A stretch of 40,749 bases of DNA from a virus. Taxonomy: Duplodnaviria > Caudoviricetes. Where the stretch lies: positions 1-40,749 of IMG/VR virus record IMGVR_UViG_3300037484_000319, one strand, 5' to 3'. The notes beneath the pieces are model-generated. The model did not search any database and was not told the DNA's origin. It saw nothing but the letters and a program-made list of their open reading frames with translations. The first letter of the stretch is position 1. Each line of letters opens with the position of its first letter. Made by a program: the position numbers and the translations under genes. This document shows positions 8,105 to 18,142 of the stretch, piece after piece.

Positions 8105-8953
8105 TTACCTCTCTCCATCTCGAAACTCAAAAACAATCACAGAATTTACACCCCCACCCACACGCTGCACTTCAATCGTGTTATCGCCTGGCTCTAATCT
8201 CAACCAATCATCCGTCTTGTGCAGGGTCGACCAGGATAGGTTTGCATAATCCTCGCTGCCATCGTTTACCACTGAGAGCGCGCCGCAATCAACCACGAGA
8301 GATTTGCCAATTGCGATTGTCCCGTTATAGATCCATTTCTCATAGGTTGTGGCGCCAATCTGCCGCGCCACGCTCAGCGAGGTAATAGCTGCACTGCCGG
8401 CAGTGATTGTCGCCTTCACACTCGTTACGCGGGCGTTGCCGCCGTTGTTGACTGTCACGTATTTTGGGGTTGTATCCAACGTGAAGCTAATGCCGGAATC
8501 GTCAAAGACCAGCCCATCATCGAAATAATAGCCAGAGTCAAAAGTCCAGGTCAGATGCTCTTGCCCATACCATTGTGGTGATAGTGGCAAAAACACCAAT
8601 TGTGCCTGGATGGAATCGAAATCCTTCTTCGTGCGTCGTGTCTGCACACGCATCAGCCTGGCCATGATCTTATGAACAGCGTCATCCTGTTCATCTCTGC
8701 GATATAGCCATCCACGCTTGCCAATTGCCGCACGCAGCGCTCGGTATTGAGTTTGCCAACCGCTTCCGGCAAATACTGCTGTTACAGGAATGTCTCGTTT
8801 GACCAATGGTGCGATCTCATCACCATACGCATCATATTGCCCGCCGCCGGGTAGAATCGCCGTGGCCACCTGCGCCTCATGCGTGCCGATGTCTTGCTGC
8901 GCCTCAAGTGCTGATATGGGCAGATTCCCGAATCGCTCGATGATATAGGTCAC
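8105..8953 (-). CDS. Distal tail protein (Dit / siphovirus tail component)
   Basis: Directly follows the tape measure gene; VNNGGN and WLRLEPGDNTIEV motifs typical of Dit proteins. Confidence 0.8.
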   Translation of the reverse strand: MTYIIERFGNLPISALEAQQDIGTHEAQVATAILPGGGQYDAYGDEIAPLVKRDIPVTAVFAGSGWQTQYRALRAAIGKRGWLYRRDEQDDAVHKIMARLMRVQTRRTKKDFDSIQAQLVFLPLSPQWYGQEHLTWTFDSGYYFDDGLVFDDSGISFTLDTTPKYVTVNNGGNARVTSVKATITAGSAAITSLSVARQIGATTYEKWIYNGTIAIGKSLVVDCGALSVVNDGSEDYANLSWSTLHKTDDWLRLEPGDNTIEVQRVGGGVNSVIVFEFRDGER

Positions 8954-11900
8954 TATCGCATCCCTCGCGAGCGCGCCGCGCGCAGTGCATCTTCAAGATT
9001 GTTGGCAAAATCGTCCGCTGCAGCCTGGCCGTCGCCCGCTTCGTTGATCACGATCGCTCCGCTGCCCAGGTTGACTGCATAAGTTTCGCTGTAATAGTTC
9101 GTCGGTGTGTTGGTGATTGTCGGCAAACTATCCGTCATCGCTCTCTGTGGCTCAGTAGCGGTTTGAGTTATGCCCTGTGCCAGGCCCGCCATGATCTGGC
9201 GACCGGTCTCCATAAATTCTTTTGACGGTGACTCGACGCCCAACGCTTCATTGGCTGCTGCCAGGGCTGCCAGTGCAGCTGCACGAGCTGCAGCTTCGAT
9301 CAACGGTGTGGAGGCTGTGATGCCAGCTGCAATGCCGGTGCCCACTGCCAGGCCGGTGGCATCCCAGTCCGCGCCGGTAAACGCCAGGCTGATATCCGCG
9401 GCGATGCCCGGCATTTCCTCGCCGGCAGCTTTCATCCGCACTAACATAGAATCGCTAAAGCGCTCTGCCTCATCCGCTGCCGTGCCGATTGCCTCCGGTG
9501 CCCGCCCAAATTGATCCATGATCGCCGTCATGTTGACCACGCCATCTACCGAGTCGGTATATACAGCCTGCAGCGCCTTGCCCATATTTTCTGCAGGCAG
9601 AGTACCGTTGGTAAGATTGGCAGTAAGTATCAAAATACCGTCTGCCAGTGCCCGGCTTTTATCATCCGCAAGCCCAAATGTTTCCTGGATGCCAGAGATT
9701 GCTGCGATGTATGTTGGCAGATCGATCGCACCTGATTGCAGTTGCTTTGCAAGCTCACCTTCGAGCGCCTGTGCCGCCTGCGCCCCGGTTGCGCCTTTGA
9801 GGCTCTCTGCCAGGCTGAGTTGCGCAAGTGCATAATCCTCAGCCGCCTTCTGAGCTGTCTTGGCTGTCTCTGCCCATTCGACTTGTCGCTCTAATGCGCC
9901 ACGGGTCAGGCCGTCCAGCTGGCCCATGTTGCTGTTCATGTCGTTGACCAGGCCGTTGAATTGATTACCGGAGATGATTCCAAAGCCAAACGCCTGGCCG
10001 AGCAGAGTCAGGCTGTCTTGCATGCGCAATTCTTCAGCGGATGTGGCTCCAAGTGTCACACTTAGGTCTCGCAGCATCCAGTCTGCCGTCACGCTATCCA
10101 CACCCACACTTTGCAGGCCGCTTGAGATTGTGCTGATCACGTCGCTCGTAGTCATCAACGCATCCTCGGCATCGCCAAATGCGTTGGCCAGTGTCGTTAT
10201 TCCCTTAGCGGCTGCCAGCGCGGCTTTCTGTTCGTCGGTAAGTTCCCCGGCCAGCATCTCCGCTCGGTATTCCATCTGTGTGTGCGCGGTGTAAAGCACC
10301 GGTGCATTTTTTACCCACTCATTAAATGCCTGGATGTTCGCATACTCAGCATCGGTTAGCAGGCCGATTTGGTGCATCATTTCTTCCGTTGCTCTGCCGG
10401 TCTCAAGAAAGCCTATATATAACTTGGCACTTTCTTCGGTCATGTCCCCAGTCGCCACGTTCGCTTTCAGCATCAGGCTCGTGTATTCCTCGTAACTGCC
10501 CGTGGTGTTAGCCAGCGCTTCAGATAGCTGCGAGGTACTGGTGACCGATCCTTGTTGTGCCCGCACAATGGCTTGGATAATGAAGTTTTGTTCGTCCAAA
10601 ATACCATTTAGCTGAGCAGCCTTCTGAATGTAGGCATCGGTAATTTGTACAGCCGTCAGTCCACCGCTCACCTGTGCCTGTATAAACCCCTGCCAACCGG
10701 CGCGTGCGTTCTCAGCACCTTCTTCAGCTTGGTCTGCCGCGTTCTTGGCTGCTAAATAAACACCCACCAGGCTTGCCAATGCAGCGGCTACCGAGCCAAC
10801 ACTGACCGCAAGAGCACCAAAACCTACTGACAGCGCCGTTGTAGCAGTCAAACCGGCTTGCCATGCGCCAAATGTCGCTATAGCCCCACTGGCGAGCGCG
10901 CCTAATCCACTTGCCACGCTGCCAGCGAGAATCGCCAGCTTCCCCATCACAAACAACGTCGGTCCAAGCCCCGCCGCCAGCAAGCCCACATTTACGATCG
11001 TCTTGCGTGTCTCTTCATCAAGTTCGGAGAACTGGGTCAACACGTCTGCTATCGAGATCAGGAAATCCTCTGTCTCTTCCCTCAGCGGTTCCATACCTGC
11101 AAGCAAGGCGGTCTCAGCCGCGGACTTCAGGGTCTCTAATGCGCCCGCCAATCCTTCCATCTGGCCGCCCGCCAGCTCGGACGCTGCGCCCGATTCGGTG
11201 ACTGATGTCTTCATGTCATCAAACAGGTCGACGCCTTTCATCAAGACGACGTTCGCCGCACGTACCGCGTCAGATCCAAAGATCGTTGCCAGTGCTTGAT
11301 TCCGCTGCTCTTCGGTCAGCCCGCTCAACGACTCGGAGAAGTTCTGGATGATGTCCCGCATGTCCAGCATGTTGCCCTGGGTATCGTAGATTTTGATCCC
11401 CAGCTCTTCCATCAAGCTTGCCGCTTTGTCACTTGGCGCTTGTAAGCTCAGTAGCATTTGCTTCAAGCTTGTGCCGGCATCGCTGCCTTTGATCCCTTGA
11501 TTTGCCATCTCTCCGATCATTGTGGTTAGGTCTTCAATCGGCACGCCCGCGGCTGAAAATACTGCTGCTGACATCTGCAGCGAGTCGGCCATGTCTTCTA
11601 CCTCGGCGCTCGATGCATTTGCCCCCGCCGCTAGCAGGTCGGCAATCCGGGTTGCTTCTTCACCGGATAAGCTAAAAGCGTTCAACGCATTACTGGCGAT
11701 CTCTGCAGCTCTGGCATTACTAATTTGCCCGGCAGCCGCAAGTTGTAACACGCCCCGCGACGCACCCATGATGTTGTTGACATCTAAACCGGCTTTAGAC
11801 AATTCCATCATCGCCTGGGCTGCATCGCTCGCCGATGTGCCTGGCAAACTCAGGTCCGCACCCAGTTCACGTGCATAGTCACCCATTTTCTGCAGCTCGG

Positions 11901-12144
11901 TAGAGCTGGCATTGCTGGCCACTCGCAGCACGCCCATTGCCCGGTCGAAGTCCACGCCCACATCCAGCATTTTCTTGCCCACGGCGACCATGGGCAGAGT
12001 CAGTGCCAGACTTAGTTGCGTCCCAACTTGGGTCAGTTTCTTCCCAAGCGCGTTGAACTTTTGTTCCACTGCCAACATGCCCGCTTCAGCCGAGGCAGTG
12101 TCACCCTCTACGCTCACGAATAGTTTTGCGGCTTCAATTCCCAC
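8953..12144 (-). CDS. Tail tape measure protein (TP901 family)
   Basis: 1063-aa Ala-rich helical protein; GIKGSDAGTSLK, LGIKIYD..GN and C-terminal SPSK.F...G.....GL..GI motifs. Confidence 0.95.
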   Translation of the reverse strand: MGIEAAKLFVSVEGDTASAEAGMLAVEQKFNALGKKLTQVGTQLSLALTLPMVAVGKKMLDVGVDFDRAMGVLRVASNASSTELQKMGDYARELGADLSLPGTSASDAAQAMMELSKAGLDVNNIMGASRGVLQLAAAGQISNARAAEIASNALNAFSLSGEEATRIADLLAAGANASSAEVEDMADSLQMSAAVFSAAGVPIEDLTTMIGEMANQGIKGSDAGTSLKQMLLSLQAPSDKAASLMEELGIKIYDTQGNMLDMRDIIQNFSESLSGLTEEQRNQALATIFGSDAVRAANVVLMKGVDLFDDMKTSVTESGAASELAGGQMEGLAGALETLKSAAETALLAGMEPLREETEDFLISIADVLTQFSELDEETRKTIVNVGLLAAGLGPTLFVMGKLAILAGSVASGLGALASGAIATFGAWQAGLTATTALSVGFGALAVSVGSVAAALASLVGVYLAAKNAADQAEEGAENARAGWQGFIQAQVSGGLTAVQITDAYIQKAAQLNGILDEQNFIIQAIVRAQQGSVTSTSQLSEALANTTGSYEEYTSLMLKANVATGDMTEESAKLYIGFLETGRATEEMMHQIGLLTDAEYANIQAFNEWVKNAPVLYTAHTQMEYRAEMLAGELTDEQKAALAAAKGITTLANAFGDAEDALMTTSDVISTISSGLQSVGVDSVTADWMLRDLSVTLGATSAEELRMQDSLTLLGQAFGFGIISGNQFNGLVNDMNSNMGQLDGLTRGALERQVEWAETAKTAQKAAEDYALAQLSLAESLKGATGAQAAQALEGELAKQLQSGAIDLPTYIAAISGIQETFGLADDKSRALADGILILTANLTNGTLPAENMGKALQAVYTDSVDGVVNMTAIMDQFGRAPEAIGTAADEAERFSDSMLVRMKAAGEEMPGIAADISLAFTGADWDATGLAVGTGIAAGITASTPLIEAAARAAALAALAAANEALGVESPSKEFMETGRQIMAGLAQGITQTATEPQRAMTDSLPTITNTPTNYYSETYAVNLGSGAIVINEAGDGQAAADDFANNLEDALRAARSRGMR

Positions 12145-12146
12145 GG

Positions 12147-12356
12147 TTATTCATCCTCGCCGAAGTGCGTCACTGTCACGTTCCGTGCCCCGGTTTCTGC
12201 GGCCTCACAAGTTAGTGCCATGTTCATCCAGGCAATCGACTGCTTTGCCAGCTCCCACGGAGCAACCCCTAAATACCGAGCTGCCCTTACAAGCGTGTAG
12301 TACTCAGGCGCCTCTCCTAGCTCGCCTTCCGTCGCGAGCCACCGCCTGAGTTTTTT
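12147..12356 (-). CDS. -1 frameshift extension of the tail assembly chaperone (gpGT-like T segment)
   Basis: Slippery A-AAA-AAC at 12350-12356 in the correct phase; the -1 frame reads KLRRWLATEGELGEAPEYYTLVRAARYLGVAPWELAK...GEDE to TAA at 12147, 2 nt before the TMP start. Confidence 0.85.
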   Translation of the reverse strand, partial: KKLRRWLATEGELGEAPEYYTLVRAARYLGVAPWELAKQSIAWMNMALTCEAAETGARNVTVTHFGEDE

Positions 12357-12679
12357 CGGGTTTCGCGCTCCCCACGCAAGTCATCGGTTATGGCACCCGA
12401 GATTGTGGTCAGCACTGGCACCGGTGTCTTCTGCAGTGTCTCAAGCGTGGGTGAGATATTCTTGCCTTTCTCATCCTCCACGTCCCACCACACCAGCAAG
12501 TCTGTGAGCATCTCAGCCAGCCCGTTGCCAGGACGGTTATTCTCAAAACACGCCTGCATAGCGCTCTCGGTCTCCGGTGTGTAGGCGCTGGGCTTGTAGG
12601 TTATGTCAAACTCAGCGCCTTCATATTCCACCGGGATCGTGCGTGTGTCTTTGCTCAGGTCAGATAGCTTGATCGCCAT
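12317..12679 (-). CDS. Tail assembly chaperone (gpG-like)
   Basis: Between the major tail and tape measure genes; acidic 120 aa with LVWWDVED motif; slippery site near the 3' end. Confidence 0.85.
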   Translation of the reverse strand: MAIKLSDLSKDTRTIPVEYEGAEFDITYKPSAYTPETESAMQACFENNRPGNGLAEMLTDLLVWWDVEDEKGKNISPTLETLQKTPVPVLTTISGAITDDLRGERETRKNSGGGSRRKAS

Positions 12680-13665
12680 TAGAGTGTACTCAGCTCGTTG
12701 GTGACTTCAATCTGTGTCGCTTGGCCCCAAGTCGGGTCGTGAATGCCTTCCATCGTCCACTCGATGGCATACACGCCGTCTTCGTCGCTGAACTCGCTCA
12801 CATCGCTCACCTTCAAAGCTGTGTCGATGGTCAAGGTGTAGTAGTAGGTAGTAGCGATCAGAGTGCCCACCGCTTTGACGCGCAGGAACTTGGTGCTGCC
12901 AGCGCGCATGGTAGTGAGTAACGCCATGCCCGCAGTATCGGCTTCCATCTTCAACTTGCATTCCAACTTGGGCTCGATCTCCACATCTGCTGCAAAGCCG
13001 AGACCATTGGCGGTGCCAATTGGGAACAACGGGCCGTACTTGTCGGTCAAGCCCCATTTGACCATCAAGGCACGCTCCAGCGCAGTTGCACCTGCCAGCC
13101 CGGCATAGGTATCCGCCAGGTAGACATCCACGCCCGTGGGCAGCACCGGGATCTGTGCAATCGACGTTGGCGTGCCGGTCATGGTGATGCCGTCCTGCAG
13201 CGCCCGACCGATCATGTCGCCGGTGATCTTGATCTCTTTGCGGGTGAATTCGATCTCCATCCCGGTGACCAGCCCATAAACAAACTTATGAGCACGGACA
13301 CTCGACCCCTGCTCTACCGTGAAGGTCTTTTTGGTGTCAGGACCATCCGTGTCCGGGGCAAAAGTCCACTTGTAGGCTATGGTCGCTCCCTGCTGCGCCG
13401 GCAAGGCATAGCTGAGCAGGCTGCTCAGCGCGTACACGATGTCGGTATAGGTAGCCAGCCCGTTCAGCTTGGCGGCTACCCATTCTTTGCCTGGCACTAC
13501 CAGGCTGGAGAACTTATTCCCCATCGCCCGGAACTTGCTCGTTTCCAGCTTGACTGCCGGCTCGATGCTCAAGGCGAGCAGCTTTTTGCTTGCTGCCACG
13601 CTTGTTCCCGGCGTGGTTTCGACGCCGATTTGTACTGTCTGAAAGATAGTTGCACGTTCGGTCAT
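12679..13665 (-). CDS. Major tail (tube) protein
   Basis: Synteny; N-terminal IGVETTPGT and TFTVEQG motifs of tail-tube proteins. Confidence 0.85.
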   Translation of the reverse strand: MTERATIFQTVQIGVETTPGTSVAASKKLLALSIEPAVKLETSKFRAMGNKFSSLVVPGKEWVAAKLNGLATYTDIVYALSSLLSYALPAQQGATIAYKWTFAPDTDGPDTKKTFTVEQGSSVRAHKFVYGLVTGMEIEFTRKEIKITGDMIGRALQDGITMTGTPTSIAQIPVLPTGVDVYLADTYAGLAGATALERALMVKWGLTDKYGPLFPIGTANGLGFAADVEIEPKLECKLKMEADTAGMALLTTMRAGSTKFLRVKAVGTLIATTYYYTLTIDTALKVSDVSEFSDEDGVYAIEWTMEGIHDPTWGQATQIEVTNELSTL

Positions 13666-13682
13666 ATCATTATCTCCTTATG

Positions 13683-14075
13683 TTAGTTTGCCAATATCCG
13701 GTAGATTCCACCCAGATATCGGTATTGGACCCCGTCTATTTCTTCCACAAATTGCACCGGCTGCTCACGTACCGCACCTAATACGCCATTGGCGTAGGGT
13801 GTAGCGCCATGCAGCAGGTTGTCGATCGCATCCACGATCGTTTTTAAATTGGTAAATGACTGCGATCTATCCACAGCCTTGATCATCCAGCGGCTGTCCA
13901 CCAGTATCCGCGCTGGTCCAACACCCATGGTGTCAGACCCGCTATATAAATCAAACACGATCAGCGGGTAGGTTGTGCCCTCAGGCGCTGCGCCTTCATG
14001 GACGCGGTCGCCCACACCAACAGCATTCCCAGCCAGGGTCTCATACAGCCAGGCGCTAATCGATATGGTTTCCAT
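13683..14075 (-). CDS. Tail completion / terminator protein (DUF3168-like)
   Basis: RV....APEGTTYPLIVF motif; size and position. Confidence 0.8.
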   Translation of the reverse strand: METISISAWLYETLAGNAVGVGDRVHEGAAPEGTTYPLIVFDLYSGSDTMGVGPARILVDSRWMIKAVDRSQSFTNLKTIVDAIDNLLHGATPYANGVLGAVREQPVQFVEEIDGVQYRYLGGIYRILAN

Positions 14076-14241
14076 GTAGCTCCAGTAGTTTGATCTTTAT
14101 TTTCAAGGCGGCAATTTCGCCCGCGTATTCGGCAAGCAAGTCGCTCATGGCAGCAATTTTGTCTCGTTGCTCGGTAAGCTGTTTCTCATACTGAGCAATC
14201 TGATCATTAGCCGCGTTTTCGCTTCCCAAAAACTCTCCCAT
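14056..14241 (-). CDS. Small coiled-coil hypothetical protein
   Basis: Fills the gap between neck genes; heptad pattern. Confidence 0.5.
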   Translation of the reverse strand: MGEFLGSENAANDQIAQYEKQLTEQRDKIAAMSDLLAEYAGEIAALKIKIKLLELHGNHID

Positions 14242-14640
14242 TTACATCTCCATCAAGTTTGCCTTGATCTTCGCGATAAAAGCCGCCTTTTGGCTCATCG
14301 CTCCCGGCTCCATAAACGGCCTCGGTCGTATGTGTACAGTGCCTAACTCTAGCCCAACCGCGTACTCGGTATTTGTGTAGACGATGGCTTGTAAGTCATT
14401 CACCATCTCCACCTGGATGCTATTCACCAGCGTACCGTAATCGATCGCCGGTGCTTCTCCCGGCGCGCTGGCCTGGTGCCCTCCGTACTTGCGCCCTGAC
14501 TTCGGCCCTTGCATGCTCTCTTTGATAACTCCCTCGACCAGGAAAGCAGTCTCTCTGACCACCCGGCTGATCTTCGGTCTCATGCTTGCCCTGATTTGTG
14601 GCAGCCGGTTATAGACTACTCGGGCGACGATCTTGATCAC
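14242..14640 (-). CDS. HK97 gp10-like neck protein
   Basis: ASAPGEAPAIDYGTLVNSI and EYAVGLELGT...PRPFM.P motifs. Confidence 0.85.
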   Translation of the reverse strand: MIKIVARVVYNRLPQIRASMRPKISRVVRETAFLVEGVIKESMQGPKSGRKYGGHQASAPGEAPAIDYGTLVNSIQVEMVNDLQAIVYTNTEYAVGLELGTVHIRPRPFMEPGAMSQKAAFIAKIKANLMEM

Positions 14641-14994
14641 CTAAACCTCCAACACCGCAATTGCCTCGACCGCAATGTCATAACTGATCTGTGCAAGTCC
14701 CAAAACCCGCCAGGACTGCCCGCTGATACTGAGCCGGTCGCCAGAGAGCACGATTGTTCCTGCCGGCACGATGACCCGGCTTGACTGTCGCTCGCCGATC
14801 CGGTCTGCATATTCGGCGCGCTGGGTTGATCTTAGAGATGCTCGGTAGCAGTTTACAGTGTCCTGCAGGGTTTCGGTCACCGTCTGCCCGCCCATGCCAT
14901 CGTCTACGCTCGTCTCGTGATAGATTTCACACGTGTCGGGCATGTTCTCAGCGACGGCCTCTTGCATGGCGCTGATATCTGCCGCACTAAGCAT
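14641..14994 (-). CDS. Head closure (head-tail joining) protein
   Basis: DDGMGG motif, GDRL.I.G pattern and synteny. Confidence 0.75.
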   Translation of the reverse strand: MLSAADISAMQEAVAENMPDTCEIYHETSVDDGMGGQTVTETLQDTVNCYRASLRSTQRAEYADRIGERQSSRVIVPAGTIVLSGDRLSISGQSWRVLGLAQISYDIAVEAIAVLEV

Positions 14995-15535
14995 TGCAGT
15001 CGCTCCGGGTCATCTCTGCTGTTCGCGCCGGGCTTTTCGCTCGGTATGATGATGCCATCGCTCGCAAGTGCTGTTGCTTCTGGCTGCGTTTGAAGCTCTG
15101 CCCGCCCTCGTTGGCCCCGAAATCGAATTCCAGTGCCACTTTTGCCGCCCACATTTCCAGCAGGTCAGCAGCTGCGGCATAGATTTCATAGAAGGCGCCG
15201 CTCGTGTACACCGGCTCTGCCTGGTCGCTGCTAAACTCCCAGTGCCCGCGCATTGGGTCGCTTGCAGACGGTGTCAAGACCGCATAGCTGCCATTTACCA
15301 GCTCAGCATCGCTCTCCCATCCAACATAGGGCGCGTGGTATTCAAGATGGGTGATAGCCCCGCCTGGGGCGACCTTATCGATGGCTGTTAGTTGCAAATA
15401 CTGAACATCCGTGCGGTTTTGATCCAGGACATCTTGTATCTCCTGGTCTGTAAATACCTGGCCCACGCTTGCCGTATCGCCAATCATCAAGCGCACCCGG
15501 GTGATCAATTCGTCCATTGCGCTGCGCACACTCAT
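14987..15535 (-). CDS. Head-tail connector / adaptor protein
   Basis: RVRLMIGDT...FTDQEI and DF....GQSFKRSQ motifs; position after the capsid gene. Confidence 0.7.
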   Translation of the reverse strand: MSVRSAMDELITRVRLMIGDTASVGQVFTDQEIQDVLDQNRTDVQYLQLTAIDKVAPGGAITHLEYHAPYVGWESDAELVNGSYAVLTPSASDPMRGHWEFSSDQAEPVYTSGAFYEIYAAAADLLEMWAAKVALEFDFGANEGGQSFKRSQKQQHLRAMASSYRAKSPARTAEMTRSDCNA

Positions 15536-15562
15536 ACTGAGCTTCTTTCCCTATCAGTCCTC

Positions 15563-15584
15563 CCCCCTCCCGTTTGGGAGGGGG
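15563..15584. repeat. GC-rich hairpin (9-bp stem) in the head operon
   Basis: ccccctccc-gttt-gggaggggg. Confidence 0.55.
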
Positions 15585-15599
15585 TTGGGAATTGAGTTG

Positions 15600-15962
15600 T
15601 TAAAATCCGCCTGGCGTGCGGTAGACCTTGATGCTCCCGGTCATACTGGCTGCAAAGTCCACCAGAATCGTCCCGTCGTTCTGCATGAAGCGGGCCGTTT
15701 CGAGCACAAATAGTACCTCTGTGCTGGCAGCTATTGATTCTGCCAGATCGCCCAGACCTCCCCGGAAAGCCGGTGGATTGTCACCCGCCGAGATTGTCAC
15801 AATTTTTGCGGACACGGTCGTGTTGTTGATGTGAATGACCAGGTTGCCCTTTCCTGCTGGGGTGATCACTGCCCCGTTTGTCGGGGAGATCGTGGTACCC
15901 GCTGGAACGGCTACAGAGTCGTTCAAAACCAAAGGGGTGATTGCTACTACATCGCGTGCCAT
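15600..15962 (-). CDS. Probable capsid decoration / minor head protein
   Basis: 120-aa beta-rich protein immediately after the major capsid gene. Confidence 0.6.
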   Translation of the reverse strand: MARDVVAITPLVLNDSVAVPAGTTISPTNGAVITPAGKGNLVIHINNTTVSAKIVTISAGDNPPAFRGGLGDLAESIAASTEVLFVLETARFMQNDGTILVDFAASMTGSIKVYRTPGGF

Positions 15963-15985
15963 AAGTTACTCTCTTTCTTTTTTTT

Positions 15986-16011
15986 GTAGGGGCAGGCTGA
16001 AGACCTGCCCC
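15986..16011. repeat. GTAG-led hairpin (REP-like) after the major capsid gene
   Basis: GTAG followed by ggggcagg-ctgaaga-cctgcccc; T-run on the + strand only. Confidence 0.5.
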
Positions 16012-16035
16012 GATTTTTGATCCCTGATTCTTGCC

Positions 16036-16887
16036 TTACGGCTTCGTAATGGTCAGAACGGCCAGCCCGCTCGGGCGGACCACTTTGGCGCCATACAGGT
16101 GCAGGCCCTTGACCGCATCGGCGAATCGCTTCTCCGGGCGGTAGGCTTCCACCTTGTTGATCTGCTCGGCCACGGTGATCGCCAGGCTCGACCCGGCCAT
16201 TACCTTGTAGTCGGCGCCCGTGTACTTGACGTTGTTGGATTTCAAAATGCGAAATCCCGCTGCCTCGCCAACCTCGCCATTACGCAGCACCTGGTCGCCG
16301 CTTGGAGTGCCGCTCTTCACAAAGCGGTCATCCTTCAAGAGATAGCCATGCAGCCAGGGCGGCACGATGCACCAACGCCCGCCGCTCGGTATGTTGCTCT
16401 GATCGAGCAGCACGCCCAGATCAACCAGGTAGTCGTACACATCGGCAGCAGCAGCGATGGTCTTGGGCACAGCAGTCGTGCCTAGAAGGTTGGCAGTGGC
16501 CGCATCGGTATGCAGCCCGGCTACGTAGCCGTCCAGGGTGTCGGCCAGCGCGTAGGATGCCTCACGCATCGCCCCGTCCATCACTTTCGGCTTTTGCTGT
16601 GCCTTGTCGATGTCATCCACCTGGAAGTTGAAGTACTTGGACTGATCGATCAACAGGCTGGATTGTGCATCGGTCAGCGTTTCCGGGTCGCCGATGTTGG
16701 TGTTCTTGGTATAGTTGCCCACGGTCACCGGACCGATTGCATTGATCTTGACGGTATCGCCCACATCCTTGATTTCACCCTCGTAGTCACGGTTGACTAT
16801 GCCAGCCTGGGCAAATACCAACGCCTTATGCAGGTTTTCCAGCAGCCGGGCGCTCCATACGGTCGGAATAAAGTTGTCTAAACTCAT
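16036..16887 (-). CDS. Major capsid protein (P22 coat-like, HK97 fold)
   Basis: NFIPTVWSARLL, NRDYEGEI...GDTVKI and F.DAVKGLHLYGAKV.RP motifs. Confidence 0.92.
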   Translation of the reverse strand: MSLDNFIPTVWSARLLENLHKALVFAQAGIVNRDYEGEIKDVGDTVKINAIGPVTVGNYTKNTNIGDPETLTDAQSSLLIDQSKYFNFQVDDIDKAQQKPKVMDGAMREASYALADTLDGYVAGLHTDAATANLLGTTAVPKTIAAAADVYDYLVDLGVLLDQSNIPSGGRWCIVPPWLHGYLLKDDRFVKSGTPSGDQVLRNGEVGEAAGFRILKSNNVKYTGADYKVMAGSSLAITVAEQINKVEAYRPEKRFADAVKGLHLYGAKVVRPSGLAVLTITKP

Positions 16888-16939
16888 CGTTGTCTCTCCT
16901 TGTTAAGTTGTGCATCCGGTACGTGATTGCGCCCGATGC

Positions 16940-17596
16940 TTATTTTTGTGCCATTACCACTGAGACTTCCTCCCAGCGGCTGTTGACTTCCTCTGGACTC
17001 ATCTTTTTGATGTCATCCATCGTTAGTTTGCTGGTCCTGCCGCCTGCCGGATTGGTCGAACTCGATCCACCGGATTTCCCCAACAGGTAGGGCTTACTAC
17101 CCACCAGCTCACGCAGCACTGCCTCGACGTTGGTCGGCTTGCCGGTTTTCTCATCGAATTCCAGCTTGGACAGGTCCAGCAGCTTGTAGGCATCCTCCGG
17201 ATCACTAATACCGAGCGTCAACGCCTGGAGCTTGATCTCGTATTGAGTGTTGATCTCCCGTTGCGTCTTTTCAAGTTGCGCTCGGTAGGTGTCTTGTTCG
17301 GTCACCTTGGCTTTTAGCTTGTCCATCTCACTGAGCTGCGCCTCTTCGGCTTCTTTCTGCTTTTTTAGCAATGCCTTGGCCTCTTCCAGGTCTTTCGCTC
17401 CCAGCTCGGTAAGGATGCGTTTCTGTTCGCTGCTGCTGGCCTGCTTGGCACGATCAGCAAACAGCTTGTCTAGCTCTGCCTGCGTGTATGTCTTGGCTTC
17501 CTCAGTGCCCGCGCTGGCTGCGTTGCCAGGTTGTGTTTCCGCATTTCCGCTTGCTCCCTTGTCTGCCTCAAAGTAAGGTTGAAACTTGAGCTTCAT
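16940..17596 (-). CDS. Capsid scaffolding protein
   Basis: KTYTQAELD, coiled-coil SEMDK, KPYL and NP.G motifs; directly upstream of the capsid gene. Confidence 0.85.
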   Translation of the reverse strand: MKLKFQPYFEADKGASGNAETQPGNAASAGTEEAKTYTQAELDKLFADRAKQASSSEQKRILTELGAKDLEEAKALLKKQKEAEEAQLSEMDKLKAKVTEQDTYRAQLEKTQREINTQYEIKLQALTLGISDPEDAYKLLDLSKLEFDEKTGKPTNVEAVLRELVGSKPYLLGKSGGSSSTNPAGGRTSKLTMDDIKKMSPEEVNSRWEEVSVVMAQK

Positions 17597-17769
17597 GTCT
17601 TCCTCCCGACTTTTCCGTAGTCGTCACGTGTTTTGGTGCGCGATTTTCACGCTTGGATATAAAACTATTTGGTAGTTCAAGCAGCACCAGATGCTGCACC
17701 CATCCGCTCGGTAGTGCTTTATCCTGCCACATCTCACCGCCAAATCTGCCGCCGCCGCGCTTTCGGTGC

Positions 17770-18135
17770 TTACTCATCCTCTTCCATCCTTCTATTCCGG
17801 CGTGACTTCGGACCCGCCTCGAACTCATCCTGAGTAGGGGGAATATAGATTGGCTCCCCGCTCATCCCCTTCACCTGTAAATACAACTGATTCGCCCCGT
17901 TCAAGATTGGTTGGAAGCGCAAGATCACTGCCTTCAGCTTTTTGATCTCCTCTTCCAATTCATCAACACGCATTTGGTACGGTGCAAGTAGTTTTAGCGC
18001 CATTTCGTTTACCTGTCCTATCAAATCGATTTTGTTTTTGCTGCGTTGTCCAAGATAGGACAGAAAGCCTGAAATTGCCCCACCGCTAAATAATGCCACC
18101 AAGACCGTCACGAGTAGATTGGCGTCGATGTTCAT
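17770..18135 (-). CDS. Membrane-anchored coiled-coil lysis-cassette protein (holin-like)
   Basis: N-terminal TM segment followed by a coiled coil; downstream of the endolysin. Confidence 0.6.
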   Translation of the reverse strand: MNIDANLLVTVLVALFSGGAISGFLSYLGQRSKNKIDLIGQVNEMALKLLAPYQMRVDELEEEIKKLKAVILRFQPILNGANQLYLQVKGMSGEPIYIPPTQDEFEAGPKSRRNRRMEEDE

Positions 18136-18142
18136 GCAGACC

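Noticed and set aside
17568-17828. 86-aa minus-strand ORF between the lysis cassette and scaffold gene
   Set aside because: It overlaps both neighbours and has no recognisable motif; may be non-coding leader, so it was not called
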